Below, piece after piece: positions 39,160-52,873 of a DNA stretch of 62,954 nucleotides. The notes below the pieces were generated by a model. That model saw only the letters and a program-made list of their open reading frames with translations, did no database searches and was not told the origin of the DNA. Where the stretch lies: assembly GCF_006345805.1 (NCBI RefSeq), contig NW_021833653.1:1-62954 (forward strand), written 5' to 3'. Positions within the stretch are counted from its first letter, which is position 1; each line of letters opens with the position of its first letter. The position numbers and the translations under genes were made by a program. The stretch comes from Octopus sinensis (Eukaryota).

Positions 39160-39890
39160 TGAGTACAGGAGACCAAAAAAAACGTCGAACACAAAGAGAA
39201 ACGAAAACATAAACACAAAACCAAGGAAATGGACATTTCTTTTAAACAACGAAAAAATAGAGTACAGGACATACAAAACAAGGAAAATTCCCCTTCTTCA
39301 GTCGCCTTAGTTTCATCTACTCCACGTTTCGAAGGTCAAGGCGATACATGACTTCAATAAAACTTTCCTTCCCGCGAAAATCAAATTAAATAAAATTTGA
39401 GATTTTTGCGGAGGGGTAAAATTGGTAACAAAAACAGGACAGTAACGACAGTACAAAATATAAACAGTAAAAGACAGGACATGGAGAATAACAGTAACAC
39501 AAACAAGAAGGGCTGTTAAGCCAAACGAGATAAAATTTATTAAAAAAATTTTTTTTTTACGAACGCTATTTTTTGAGAACGGCAGAGAGCAACAGATTTT
39601 ACCATCTCTACTTGAAGGAAGCCATGAGAAGAAAGGCAGTGGGACCCATCCCATCACGTGACCGCGACGGGAGGGAGAAGGAATGTGTGTGTGTGTGTGT
39701 GTGTACATGCATATATGGGTACAGGACATTAAGAAAACGTAGAACACAATGAGAAACGGAAACATTAAAGTTAAAACAGAGAAAGGAACTTTATTTTGGA
39801 ACAACGAAAAAAATCAGAGAAACGAGACGTACAACATAAAGAATATTCCCCTTCTTCAGTTGTCCCTGTTTCATCTACTCCGCGTTTCGT
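39160..39890 (-). repeat. Two diverged copies of a microsatellite-anchored repeat (PLE 3'-end-like)
   Basis: gtacagga...ttccccttcttcagt...gtttcatctactcc(a/g)cgtttcg at about 39160-39331 and 39717-39889. Confidence 0.55.
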
Positions 39891-40292
39891 CCCAACCACA
39901 TGGTTCCGGGTTCAGTCCTACTGACACCTTGGGTAAGTGTCTTCTACTATATATATTCGTGCTATTTGTTGTTCGGTAAGACGAGTAAATATCGGAAATT
40001 CAACTTCAAAAACTCCAGTATCAAATTCCATTATCATCGCCATGACTTGCTTTTCGCGTGTATTACTATTTTTATTGCAGACGGAACCGAATATTATTTC
40101 CATTAAGATGACCGGCAACAATTAGTGATGCTTTTTTTAAAAAAAAGTTCTTTATAATAATAAATGTATATTTCTGATCAAGATCTTATCTGAGAAAGGT
40201 TTCTCCTGAAGCTGTTTTCGTTATATATTTAGCATAATCACCGGATGAGACAAAAAACGTTAAAGTTAATAATTAATTATTTATCTTATATC

Positions 40293-40581
40293 TTTTACTT
40301 ATTTCAGTCATTAGACTGCGGCCAAGCTGGAGCAGTGACTTGAAGAGTTCTTAGTCAAAATTACCATCCACAGATGCAATTTTTTAAAAACCTGGTACTT
40401 GTTCCTATCGTTCTCTTTTGTCGAATCACTAAGTTACGAGAACGTAAACACGCCATCACCTGTTGATGGGGGACATACAGACAGACAGACACACAGACAC
40501 AGACACACACACGCACACACACACACAGACACACACACGCACACACACACAGACACAGACACACACACAGACACACACACG

Positions 40582-40647
<66 letters not shown>

Positions 40648-40795
40648 GACGGGCTTCTTTCAGTTTCCGTCTACTAAATCCACTCAAGATTTTGGTCGTT
40701 TCGAAGATTGCTACCGTATGTGCTACACAGTAGGCCTGAACCCGGAACCATGTGGTTTGGAAGAAAATCTCCTATTACACAGTCATGGCGGCGTC
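40293..40795 (-). mobile_element. SINE family A, diverged, with an expanded internal CA/TA tract
   Basis: Homology to other copies. Confidence 0.75.
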
Positions 40796-41062
40796 TAATA
40801 TCGCTATAATTAAATTAAATATGGTGACAATTTATTGCTCTGTTAAATTAAAACCATCAACAAGAAAAATACACCACCCAGTGAGCGATAAATATCCCTT
40901 AATGCATACAACAGAAAGATACCAGCTACTGATAGTTTCTGCCTGTGATGACAGACGTGTAGCCAAGTGTTTCAGATTGCTGAGAGAAAACTTGCCTGGA
41001 CACGTGTCTTCACTGCATGAAACTATTACTAGCCTGTATCTTTATACCATACTATTTTTTTA

Positions 41063-41420
41063 CTCTTTTACTCTTTTTTTTGTCTCAGTCATTTGACTGT
41101 GGCCATGCTGCAGCACCGCCTTTAGTCGAGCAAATCGACCCCAGGACTTATTCTTTGTAAGCCTAGTACTTATTCTATCGGTCTATTTTGCCGAACCGCT
41201 ATGTTACGGGACGTAAACACACCAGCGTCGGTTGTCAAGGGATGTTGGGTGGGTGGGGGGACAAACACAGACACACAAATACACACACATATATATAGAT
41301 ACATATGTACGACGGGCTTCTTTCAGTTTCCGTCTCCCAGATCCACTGACAAGGCTTTGGTCGGCCCGAGGCTATAGTAGAATATAGTCTCCCAAGGTGC
41401 CACGCAGTGGAACTGAACCC
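41063..41420 (-). mobile_element. SINE family A
   Basis: Homology to other copies. Confidence 0.85.
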
Positions 41421-42035
41421 AGATATGTTGATATTTAGATATATATTCTTGTAAAATTTATGCAATATATTTCTTTGTAGAGTAAGTTCTCTGATGCTGT
41501 AAAAGATTTGATTTTGATGGAGGCAGTAGGCTGTGCAGGTCGAGATGTGTTATGACGTATCCAGATATGAAGACATGGTGTGTGTATGTATGTGTGTGTA
41601 TGTGTGTGGGTGTGCTCACGTGTGTAGCAGCTCTAAATCTGCTTGCAAATGCATCAATGTTTGTTCCTTGTTGATATTACACCAAGTTTGTGTCCCCGTT
41701 GGTGCCTTGTCATGCCGCAAAGTTTCTGCATCTTGTTTATTCTCTTCACCATGCATTCAGGGACCCAACTGTTAATTTACAGAAATATCATATTACACAA
41801 TTGCTATAAGAATCAATTCACTTCGGATCTAAAAGGAAGAGTCTGGTGGGAGATCTGCTGCATAACATGATTATGACTGGTAACAAAATTTCATTAATGG
41901 CTCGCATCATATATCATTGGTTGTTTGGATGGTTTGACAGAAGCTCTAAGAAAACACGAGAGACTTATCCCTGCTTTGGGTATAAGAAAGTGGTCACTTC
42001 CAAAATAAAAAAAATGCCCTACTGTTGTGGTCGTC

Positions 42036-42417
42036 GTGGCACTCCGTCGGTTACGACGACGACGGTTCCAGTTGAACCGATCAACGGAACAGCTTGCTCG
42101 TGAAATTAACGTGCAAGTGGTTGAGCCCTCCACAGACACGCGTACACTTAGCGTGGTTCTCAGGGAGATTCAGAGTGACACAGAGCGTGACAAAGCTGGC
42201 CCTTTGAAATACAGGTACGACAGAATGAGGAAGAAAGAGTGAGAGAAAGTTGTGGCGAAAGAGTTCAGCAGGGTTCACCATCTGCCCCAGCCAGAGCCTC
42301 GGAGAGCTTTAGATGTTTTCGGACAATAAACACTAAGAACACCCGGTCTGGGAATCGAAACAGCGATCCTACGACCGCGAATCCGCTGCCGTAACTACTG
42401 GGCCATTGCGCCTCCAC
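42036..42417 (-). mobile_element. SINE family B, full length, with TSD ccctactgt
   Basis: TSD at 42017-42025 and 42419-42427. Confidence 0.9.
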
Positions 42418-42879
42418 ACCCTACTGTACCCCATGCTGAGTGAACAATTGCCCACATTGTTCAGCTTCTAGTATCAAATTTCTTTGACGATGTTCATTTA
42501 AGTGATGAGGAATTGTGGAGTCTTCATGTATGCAAACAAATTTATGGATCGCTCTGAACATTGACCAATTAATCCCGCAGCTGTCGATTCTGTTGCTCCA
42601 CCCACACCGGCTGCTCAAAGCAAAACAAATTAAGAGCTTTATGAAAAGAATTCAGATTCGTTAGCCCAGAGTCAAACACACACGTTAAAAGGATCTGATT
42701 TAGATCCGTTTACCGAATACAATTACCATCGCACTTGTACAGGGATTTCAAGGTAAATCCCTGTACGAATCTGTTATTTAATCCAAAACTTCTCTAAAAC
42801 GTGTCTAGGGATAACTAGTCATGTAGTTTTTCGAGGTCCACAATGCAAGTATAAATCATGTTAATACATCCAAGTTTTT

Positions 42880-43310
42880 GCGAAGCGGTATTTCAGTGTT
42901 AATATTTTGTCATCGTCGTCTGTCGTTACGTTCTGAGTTCAAATTCCGCCGAGGTCGACTTTGCCTTTCATTCTCTCTGGTCGATAAATTAAGTATCAGT
43001 TGTGTACTGGGGTCAGTCTAATCGACTGGCCCTCTCTCCCAAAATTTCGGGCCTTATGCCTAGAGTAGAAAAGAATATTTTGTTATCCTCAAAGCGGCGA
43101 GCAGGCAGAAACTTTAGCACGCCGAGCGAAATACTTAGCGCTATTTCGTCTGTCTTTATGTTCTGACTTCAAATTCCGCCGAGATCGACTTTGCCTTTCA
43201 TTTTTTCGGCGTCGATAAATTAAGTATCAGTTGCGTACTGGGGCAGATCTAATCAACTGGTTCCCCTCCCCTAAAATTTGCGGCCTTGTGCCTAGAGTAG
43301 AAAAGAATAC
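42880..43310 (+). mobile_element. Two tandem SINE C copies
   Basis: Units at about 42880-43078 and 43092-43309, both ending gcctagagtagaaaagaata. Confidence 0.85.
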
Positions 43311-43807
43311 TTTGTCATCCACTAACACTTGCTTCAGGCAAGACGCTTCAGAAGGCGTGTCTGAGGTCGCTTCCCCAGTGATATATATCACAAAAACCAA
43401 TGCTGAAGCCCCCCCCCCAATACACCACCACATAGTTATCGTACATTGCTCAGAAACGAAAATAAACACAAGCTAAAATTCAAATTAAAATCAACATCAC
43501 TTCATTCTGATGATAAGGCTGTGAACATTTAGGTACATAGGAAATAAATTTAGAAACCTTAGTGTTGTAAGCAGACAACAAAGTATACAGAGAATATGTG
43601 AAAAGTCTTCGATAAAAATATAAAACTAGATCACGATTTGTGTATTTGCGAGATCTTTAAAACTAATGACATACAAAGGGTTATTTACACAGAGTAATGA
43701 AACGGTAAGTTTCGATGAAGCCTCGTAAGTCAAAGAGTAAGCAACGAGTTTGTGATGTTAATAAAATACAAATTTTATTATTTACTAGAGGAATGATATA
43801 CCATCGC

Positions 43808-44192
43808 TTAGTTGTGATAGCTAGTTTGCTTTCCAAACGCATGGTTGCAAGTTCATTCGCACTATGTGACACCTTGTTCCTTCTCTGATGGTCCTGGGGT
43901 GACCAAAGCCTTGTGAGCGGGTTTGGTAAACTGAAAGCTAATCGTATGTATCTATACGTATATGTCTGTGTATATGAGTGCACGCATGCGTGTAGGTGGC
44001 TTTGTGATTGTGCTTCTCTTCACCACCCCTTGGAAACAGGTGCTGGTTTGTTTACGTCCCCTTAACTTAGCGGTACTGATAGAATAAGTACCTGGCTTCA
44101 AATATAGCGACTGGAGTCAATCTGTTGGAATAAACAAGTCAAGGTGATACCCCAGCATGGCTGCTCTCCAATGATTGAAGCAAGTATAAGAA
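43808..44192 (+). mobile_element. SINE family A, old copy
   Basis: Diverged homology to other copies. Confidence 0.65.
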
Positions 44193-44836
44193 AAATATAA
44201 AAAATAAACCAACCATTGAATCCACATAAATTGCTACATAAATATGCCATCGTTTAAAATAAATGGCTTTTAGAAATAAATATTAATTAAAAGCTTGCGA
44301 ACGGGGACGCTAAATAAATAGAAATATAAACGAAATAATTTCTAATGAAATTTACGAATTTAATAGTTGAATCCATAACGATAGCAAATACCGGAGGCGG
44401 AGAAATGAGAATTTGTTCATTAAAATTGAAAAGTTACACAGTGGCCCTGTGAATGAACAAATATTGACAAATATCAACTGTTCTGTGAATACTAAAGAAG
44501 TTGTGAATAGGCTGAGATAAAATACCCAAGCGAATTTCAGTTTGTAATAATCCAATAAATTAACAGTAATATAGTTAATTATTACGAGTTAATGAGTGAA
44601 GCAGATAAGCGTAAATACGTGAAATTGCATTAAATTAAAAATTCCTGTCTTTTTTGGAGTTGTTATATCTGTCGTTATATATTTTCTTTTTCTTTGCGGA
44701 AATGGAAGTCTGAAATTTAGTGTTGTGTATTTTAGAAAGGACGAAGTTTTGAAAAGGAAATAACTGACAGTATTACATTTTAGGGAAAGCAGGGTAAGTG
44801 ACGAGAGGGCATAGAAGTATGCGTTGGCGTGGATCG

Positions 44837-44907
<71 letters not shown>

Positions 44908-44975
44908 CATTTATCCATCGATCTATCTAACTCTATGTCTGACTGATTATCAATATATATATATATATATATATA

Positions 44976-45662
44976 GGCGCAGGAGTGGCTGTGTGGTAAG
45001 TAGCTTGTTTACCAACCACATGGTTCCGGGTTCTACTATAGCCTTGGACCGATCAAAGCCTTGTGAGTGGATTTGGTAGACGGAAACTGAAAGAAGCCTG
45101 TCGTATATATATATATATGTATGTGTGTGTGTTTGTGTGTCTGTTTTGTCCCCCTAGCATTGCTTGACAACCGATGCTGGTGTGTTTATGTCCCCGTCAC
45201 TTAGAGGTTCGGCAAAAGAGTCCGATAGAATAAGTACTGGGATTACAAAGAATAAGTCCCGTTGTCGTGTTGCTCGATTAAAGGCGGTGCTCCAGCATGG
45301 CTGCAGTCAAATGACTGAAACAAGTAAAAACAGTAAAGAGAAAAAGAGTATATGTATAGGCGCAAGAGTGGCTGTGTGGTAAAGTAGCTTGCTTACAAAC
45401 CTCATTGTTCCGGGTTCATTCCTCACTGCTTGGCACCTTGGCCAGGTGTCTTCCACTGTAGCCTAGGGCCGACCAAAGCCTTATATTTTCAATATATCGC
45501 TTGACGACCAATGCTGGTGTGCTTACAACCCCATAACATAGCGGTTCGGCAAACGATATCGATAGAATAAGTAGCAGGCTTACAAAGAATAACTCCTGGG
45601 GTCGATTTGCTCGACTAAAGGCGGAGTCAAATGACTAAGACAAGTAAAAGAGTAAAAGAGTA
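44976..45662 (+). mobile_element. Two tandem SINE A copies with internal deletions
   Basis: Heads at 44976 and 45358. Confidence 0.85.
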
Positions 45663-45940
45663 TACCTGCTAAACTGGCATATACGTCGTGGTCATGAACA
45701 AGGCACACCCCAGTTTTTGTCAGTTAAAAAACAGTACAGTGTAAATATGGTGTATATATATATATATATATATATGTAAGTATATACATTTTTATACCTC
45801 ATTCTCTCTCTCTCTCTCACTTTCCTTCTTCCTCTCGGGCACACATACACACACTGTATATATATATGTATAAATATATATATATATGTACGCACACATC
45901 TCTGCATTTATCTATCTATATATATATATTATATATATAT

Positions 45941-45981
<41 letters not shown>

Positions 45982-46480
45982 TCAATATCAGGGTAGCAAA
46001 AAATTCAAGAGAAATTTTTCGCCACCAGCGGTCCAGTGAGAAAGAAAAATTAGCCAACAGACTATATAATATACATTCAACAATATTAAGGAATGGCGTT
46101 GATAGGCTATTCGACCCACTAGAAGGAGCAGCTAAACTCAAACCGCTAAATAGTTGTAATTCAGAAACCAAAGGAAAATAAAAACAGTGGGTTGAATGGC
46201 CTATCAAGGCCATACCTTAATATTGTTGAAAGTATATATATATATATATATATATATACATACATACATACATACATACATACATACATCATTCTCTCTC
46301 TCTCTCTCTCTCACTTTCCATCTTCCTCTCGGGCACACATACACACACTATAATATATATATATAATATATATGTATGTATGTATAAACATATATATATA
46401 TATGTACGCACACATGCATTTATCTACATATATATTAATTATATATATATATATATATTATACATAAATACCTACATACA

Positions 46481-46514
<34 letters not shown>

Positions 46515-46840
46515 CATAGACATATGCAGAAAATATTGCTGCTATATACTGAACAGTAGCAAATATACGAGGAAAATATAATTCTGTTCTCTCCTATGAG
46601 AAAATAAAGTTGTGCCGGGGGAAACTACTGCAGAAACGCCGCATTACTATCAACTTACAAAAAACTGAAAAAGTTACTACACAATACCAATGAACAAGTA
46701 TATGCAATAAAGTGTGAAAGGACTAGCATGACCCCCACATTACATTTATAATGGTTTCTGGGCGTAATTAAAACTTGCCACTCAACGATTTTGCTCATTG
46801 TCTCTTCTTTTCATTGTCAATATATCAGTCAATGCCCTCT

Positions 46841-46915
<75 letters not shown>

Positions 46916-46939
46916 GTATAGGAAAAGTCGTATATATAT

Positions 46940-46989
<50 letters not shown>

Positions 46990-47352
46990 GGATGGATAGA
47001 TGGATAGATGGATAGATAGATGGAGAGATAGATAGATACACTGATGGATAGATATACAAACATGTATGTAGGTGTGTCCCTATTAGAGCGTATACGTACG
47101 TACGTACCTACCTACTTCTCTCTTTCTCTCTCTCTCTCTCTCTGTATATATAGATACGGACACATACAAAAACTCACACTCACACACACACGCACGTACA
47201 CACATATATATTTACACACATTCACTCACAGACACTTACACGCATACATATATATGTACATATTCGTCAGAATTTCCTAATTTTAAATTAATGTTTCCAT
47301 GCGTTACACCTGCTAGCGAAACAAGGAGTATTTGTTAAATCATATATCTATG

Positions 47353-47409
<57 letters not shown>

Positions 47410-47987
47410 AAGTATCTACTGATGTATCAGTGTAAGTATACATGTGTACATATACCACAGAGTGTGTATTTGGAGTAAGTGAATAAAATTTAACATACGA
47501 TTCGAGTCTCCAGCGGACGTGTGCTTTCAACGGTTTGTCTGCGCTAAGCACTACATCAAAGCGACAACGCAAACTTCAACACCTATTTAATGTATTATAT
47601 TGTTTCTACATAAAATGGAAAAAAATTTCTAACAACTGTTTGTAAAGTGAAAAGCTAAGCTGCACTCGTACAAAAACCTTCACCCACCACGTCCCTTCAC
47701 AAATCTCAAACAAACCCATTTCAGCAAGAAGAATAAAATCACTAGAACTGGTAGTACACCTACTAACGCAATTCCGACGGCAAAGACATAGAGGAGAAGG
47801 AAGGAATGCTAAGCCACACTATAGAAATAATGAGTTTCTCTTCCTCAGCTGCCTAATCAGTTATCTTTATCGTTTCGACACTAGAGCATATAAAATGCAT
47901 CGTGTATATGACTACACACCTATACACACACACACACACAAACATATATATAAATATTTATATGTACGTGCATGTGTGTGTATATAT

Positions 47988-48192
47988 AGTTAATCCAAAC
48001 AAGAAAGCACAAAAACAAAAACAACAACGCGAGGACGTGGAACAAATATAGTTTTATTGGACGCTCAGGAAAGAAGGAGAGTTTAACGTTTCGAGCGGGG
48101 CTCTTCGTCGGAAACATAGGAGAAGGAAAGATCCAGAGAAGGGAAGACAGAGGGAAAAAAATCGCGAACGGTACACACGCGGTCACATTTTG
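47988..48192 (-). mobile_element. H1 element copy 4 (hammerhead 48081-48115, core CCGACGA)
   Basis: Reverse complement reads gtttCCGACGAaGAGCcccGCTCGAAAcgttaaac; same ends as the other H1 copies. Confidence 0.75.
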
Positions 48193-48398
48193 TATGTGTA
48201 TATATATATGCATCTATGCATGTATATATGTATATGCAGTTATTATTTGAATAACAAAGCTATTTCTTTTAGAAACGGATGGACACACACACACACGTAC
48301 GCACACGCACACACACACGCACGCACACACACACACACACACACACACCACACACATACACACACACACAAACACACACGTCTAGGTATACGTATTTA

Positions 48399-48625
48399 CG
48401 AGGAGGCGTGTAAAAGTTTCTGGCTATGAGTAAAAGCAGATACAGAAAATCAGTTAATCTTTTTATTGAACATAACCCCCCAACCTTACCTTCGCATTCG
48501 TACACTTGTAGCAGTGACTGTTCATATTTTTCTAAGCCCTGTAAAAGGATTCGGAAGGATGAGATTCTCACCAGGCTTTTCCCGATACCCTTAAAGCCAG
48601 GAATTTTTCAGCTCCCCCCACCTCG
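48399..48625 (-). mobile_element. Mariner-derived MITE with TA TSD
   Basis: Ends cgaggaggcgtgtaaaagtttctggc and reverse-complement cgaggtggggggagctgaaaaattcctggc; the minus strand carries transposase-tail-like GLEK...GYVQ*. Confidence 0.6.
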
Positions 48626-49487
48626 TATGGGTATGGAAATTTAATTGTACTTAACATGCAACCGAGCTGTATATGACTTGCTGGTATATACACAGCTTTC
48701 GTTAGCTCCCGTGTGCCTGGGCAATCGCTAACAGACACAGGTACGCCATGTTGCTTATTCTCAATTCTTACATAAACAAATACACCTGCATGTTTGCAAA
48801 TATATATGTGCCTCTGTGTGTTGCATAAGCGTGTGGGTGTGTGTGAGAGAGAGAGTGTGTGTATGTATGCGTAATTGTCTGTCTGTCTGTCTCTCTCAGT
48901 ATTTATGTATCTTAATTGAACGCCACGAATGTCCAAATCAGTTTCGCTCCTGGGCGGAGCGTGTAAGAGCATTAATTAAAACTTTCAAATTCTTCCTATA
49001 TACATGCATAACGTGAACAATGACGAACGAAAGAAATGCAGAAACGAACAGTAAAGTAATAGAAGCGAAGAAAATCACAGAATTAATCAATTTTATTCTT
49101 AGTTTCTTTCCTTCTTTCTCTCTTTCTCTATTTGTTTTTCATTTTCGAATAAGTTTACGTTTGAATTGATGCCGATATATGCCTTGGATGGTTTATCGAT
49201 TTTTATAGTGCACTGGCATACAATAACCTTTAACTATGATTTGGAATCGAAGATGCAGATGATGGGTTCATACAAGTGCAGTTTATTATGTCTTTATACG
49301 AATGCACCTTCTCCACTTCAGTGTCTACCTGCCTCACATTTGTTTCAGTGAATAAACACCATTCATATTAAATATATAGAACTTAAGAGAATGGGTACCC
49401 GATTGCTTCCTCTATATACGAGGTTTCCTCTCTTTCATTACACTCACACATGCACGCACTCATGTACATGTGTGTGTGTGTGTGTGT

Positions 49488-49523
<36 letters not shown>

Positions 49524-49526
49524 CAT

Positions 49527-49917
49527 ACTCTTTTACTTGTTTCAATCAATTGACTGTGGCCACGCGGCAGCACCGCCTTTAGTCGAGCAGATCGACCCCA
49601 GGACTTTTTCTTTGTAAGCCTAGTACTTATTCTATCGGTCTCTTTTGCCGAACCGCTAACTTACGTGGACGTAAACACACCACCATCGGTTGTCCAGCGA
49701 TGTTGAGGGGACAAACACAGACACACGAACATATACACACACATACATATATACCACGGGCTTCTTTCAGTTTCCGTCTACCAAATCCACTCACAAAGCT
49801 TTGGTCGGCCCGAGGCTATAGTAGAAGGCAGTTGCCGAAGGTGCCACGCAGTGAGTCTGAACCAAGAACCATGTGGTTCGTAAGCAAGTTACTTACCACA
49901 CAGCCACTCCTGCGCCT
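49527..49917 (-). mobile_element. SINE family A, full length
   Basis: Homology to other copies. Confidence 0.9.
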
Positions 49918-50202
49918 ACATGTATATGCATATAAAGTTGAATTTCCATGTACTAATGAAATCTGTTCCGGAGACTGTTCGATAGCCGTTCATTCCACGA
50001 ATAATGGAAATACATACAAATAAGGGTAATTTGTTCCAAACCAGACACAAAATCAATAGTAGTTATGTAATCGATATCAATAGGAAATACATGGTTATGC
50101 TTTGACCACGTTCCTCAACTCTCAGCTCGTTGGTTGAGTACAACGTGTCTTCAGAAAAGAACACTACGCAATAAGCAGACAAGGAAACAAACACACACAG
50201 AG

Positions 50203-50581
50203 TGGAAGCACTCCGTCGGTTACGACGACGAGGGTTCCAGTTGATCTGAACAACGGAACAGCCTGCTCGTGAATTAACGTGTAAGTGGCTGAGCACTCCA
50301 CAGACACGTGTACCCTTAACGTAGTTCTCGGGGAATTCAGCGTGAACCGAGAGTGACAAGGCCCCCCTTGAAATACAGGTAGAACAGAAACAGGAAGTAA
50401 GAGTGAGAGAAAGTTGTGGTGAAAGAGTACAGCAGGGATCACCACAATCCCCTGCCGGAGCCTCGTGGAGCTTTAGGTGTTTTCGCTCAATAAACACTCA
50501 CAACGCCCGGTCTGGGAATCGAAACTGCGATCCTACGACCGCGAGTCCGCTGCCCTCACCACTGGGCTATTGCGCCTCCAC
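50203..50581 (-). mobile_element. SINE family B, full length
   Basis: Homology to other copies; acacacacag flanks both sides. Confidence 0.9.
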
Positions 50582-50866
50582 ACACACACAGTGACACACA
50601 CTACACACATATTTATATATGTATGTGTGTGTATATATGCGTGTGTATATGTGTCTTTGTGTGTATGTGTGTGTGTGTGTACTACTTTCCACTTCAATTT
50701 GCCCAATAATTATCCGGTCATTATATTCACTGTTGTATTATTCCGATCAAATACGCACGTGTTTGAGATGAATAATATTTGCCCCGTATATATACGTATA
50801 AATCTACATATACATTCGTAGTTGTATGGATATGTACCTGTATTTTTATTTATGTACGTTCGGTAT

Positions 50867-50924
50867 ACCCTACTGATGAAGGTAGAGTATTTATTACAAG
50901 ACCAGAAATTGATTGTTTTAGGGT
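50867..50924 (+). ncRNA. Hammerhead motif (variant with A-flanked stem II)
   Basis: ACCCTA-CTGATGA-A-GGT(17 nt)ACC-A-GAAA-ttgattgttt-TAGGGT, with a perfect 6-bp stem I. Confidence 0.6.
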
Positions 50925-51302
50925 GAACCATATTATATTTACTAAATCTCTTTTTATCAATTTTTCACGCTTTCAACATGTTTTAACAGAGTGCAACCTG
51001 AAGTGCTTTAGATTCATTTGACGTCTAGCTTTAGCATATAGGCGTTGCTTCTTCGGTGTCCTTAATTATAATTATATATTTATATATTGATTTTACCTAT
51101 ATGGTTTTTCATTATACACTGGCCACTGATAACATCATTAATATTTAATGATGTTATCATTATGGTTTATAACATCATCACAGGCTTTAAGGTCAATAAG
51201 AAAAATAAACAACGGAAAAACTGCAAAACCTCAGATAACGTAAAAGAGGGTGTCAATAAAACTGACATGAATCATCAAAAGAGATCGAACAACAAAAATT
51301 GC

Positions 51303-51713
51303 CGAAACGGCACTTTTTTCTAACGGTGTCAAATGAAATTGTCACCCATAATTATGACCCTAGTATCGATCTATTGCATTTCAATTTCTTTTAGGGTTAG
51401 GGTTAGTTAGGGTTAGGGTTAGGGGTTGGGGAAGGGTATCTTTATTTTCTTCACAAATGTAAATAAACCCAATCTGTTTCTTAAACGAGGGACATATTCA
51501 TACGGCACAGAATGCTTTTTAACTCAATAGACGCCAGTGATTGGTTGAAATTGCAGAAATTAAAGACCAAATATCTTACAAACTATAGAATTTTCTCAAT
51601 AAAGCCAAGAGAAAAAGATGTTTTATAAACACATTCTACCAGTATACGAAGTTTAACATTTTTTAGTTACCTAGAAATTATGTTAAAAACTGACGTTCAA
51701 ACCGAAAAGATCC
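51303..51713. mobile_element. Non-autonomous TIR-like element carrying interstitial TTAGGG repeats (51391-51430)
   Basis: The right end reverse complement ggatcttttcggtttgaacgtcagttttt resembles the left aacggcactttttt; internal ttagggttagggttagttagggttagggttagggg. Confidence 0.45.
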
Positions 51714-51714
51714 A

Positions 51715-52050
51715 ATAATAGTAGTACAAATAACTGCACATGCCGTAGAAAATCCGCCTATCCGCTCAGGAACCAATGTGTCCGAGAAAATATAGTGTAC
51801 AGATGTACAATCTACACATCATAACATAAATATGCATACATAGGTGCCACGGAAAACCAATTCGAAGTCCGTTATCGTAACCACATCTCGTCATTCCAAA
51901 AAAATAATAATAATTATAATATATAAATAAACACACGACAGGCAACTTAACTGGCAGACTTCACTGTAAGAATCAAAAATCAAATACGAAATGAAATGGT
52001 CAATAAAAAAAAAAATATGTACACCCATGTAATTCGAGTAGCTGTTGTTG
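51715..52050 (+). mobile_element. Penelope-like GIY-YIG endonuclease remnant
   Basis: NCTCRRKSAYPLRNQCVRENIVYRCTIYTS*HKYAYIGATENQFEVRYRNHISSF...YEMKWSI. Confidence 0.8.
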
Positions 52051-52828
52051 AAATTGAGAGAGTTTGTAACATTGTTAGGTGACAAGTATATTCTGTTTCC
52101 AGAAATTTCATAATTTTAGGTGAAGTGAATAAAACCAAACTTTTGGGCGTTCGAACGATTGTCATTACGATTTCCATGGAAACCCCTTCGGTTTAGCGGG
52201 AATAAATCACATAAAAACACTTAAAAATATGTGCTTAGTCTTAATTTTAATAACAATAGATTTTCACCAATTTTAATTCCTGGCTTTCTCAACCAATTTT
52301 AATTGTTTTCTCTGAATTTTCTCTACATGTAAATTTGCATAATATAATGTCTTCAGGTGTGTAAGCCGTTAAATATTCCGGTGAGAAAATATTTTCCATA
52401 GTTTTCTTTTTATTTTCTTCAAATAACCTATTACTTGAATTTTAAAACTATCGTTTTTATTATATATTTGTTTATTATTACCTAAACGCCTCTCACTCGA
52501 ACATTGAAAGGCCAAGAAACACTTAAGTAATCCTTACTGGATACCACAAAACAAAACAAAAAAAAAAGGTATTATGAGCTTATTTCCTTCAGAGAGAATT
52601 GTAGCAGTAGCGATAACAAAGATCTTCCATTCTATGTTCTTCTAAACAGAAGCACGGAGTTGTTCTTTAACACGAGAATTTTTTATCTAAGACATAACAA
52701 GAATAATAGAAGCGAAATTTTGGTTTGGCATCTAAAACGTTAATTACACGAGAGGTAAAAGAACTTACAAACAGCTCAAATTACATACATATATACACAC
52801 ACGCATGTACACACTGACACACACAGAG

Positions 52829-52873
<45 letters not shown>

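Noticed and set aside
43506-43565. CTGATGA followed by taagg/cctta pairing
   Set aside because: GAAA falls inside rather than after the putative stem II, so there is no hammerhead fold.
47835-47882. Permuted hammerhead-like tgtc-GAAAC...CTGATTA-ggca on the minus strand
   Set aside because: Core G8 is substituted and there is no stem I pairing.
51391-51430. True telomere or chromosome fusion site
   Set aside because: Only about six imperfect units in one orientation, embedded in a repeat-like element.
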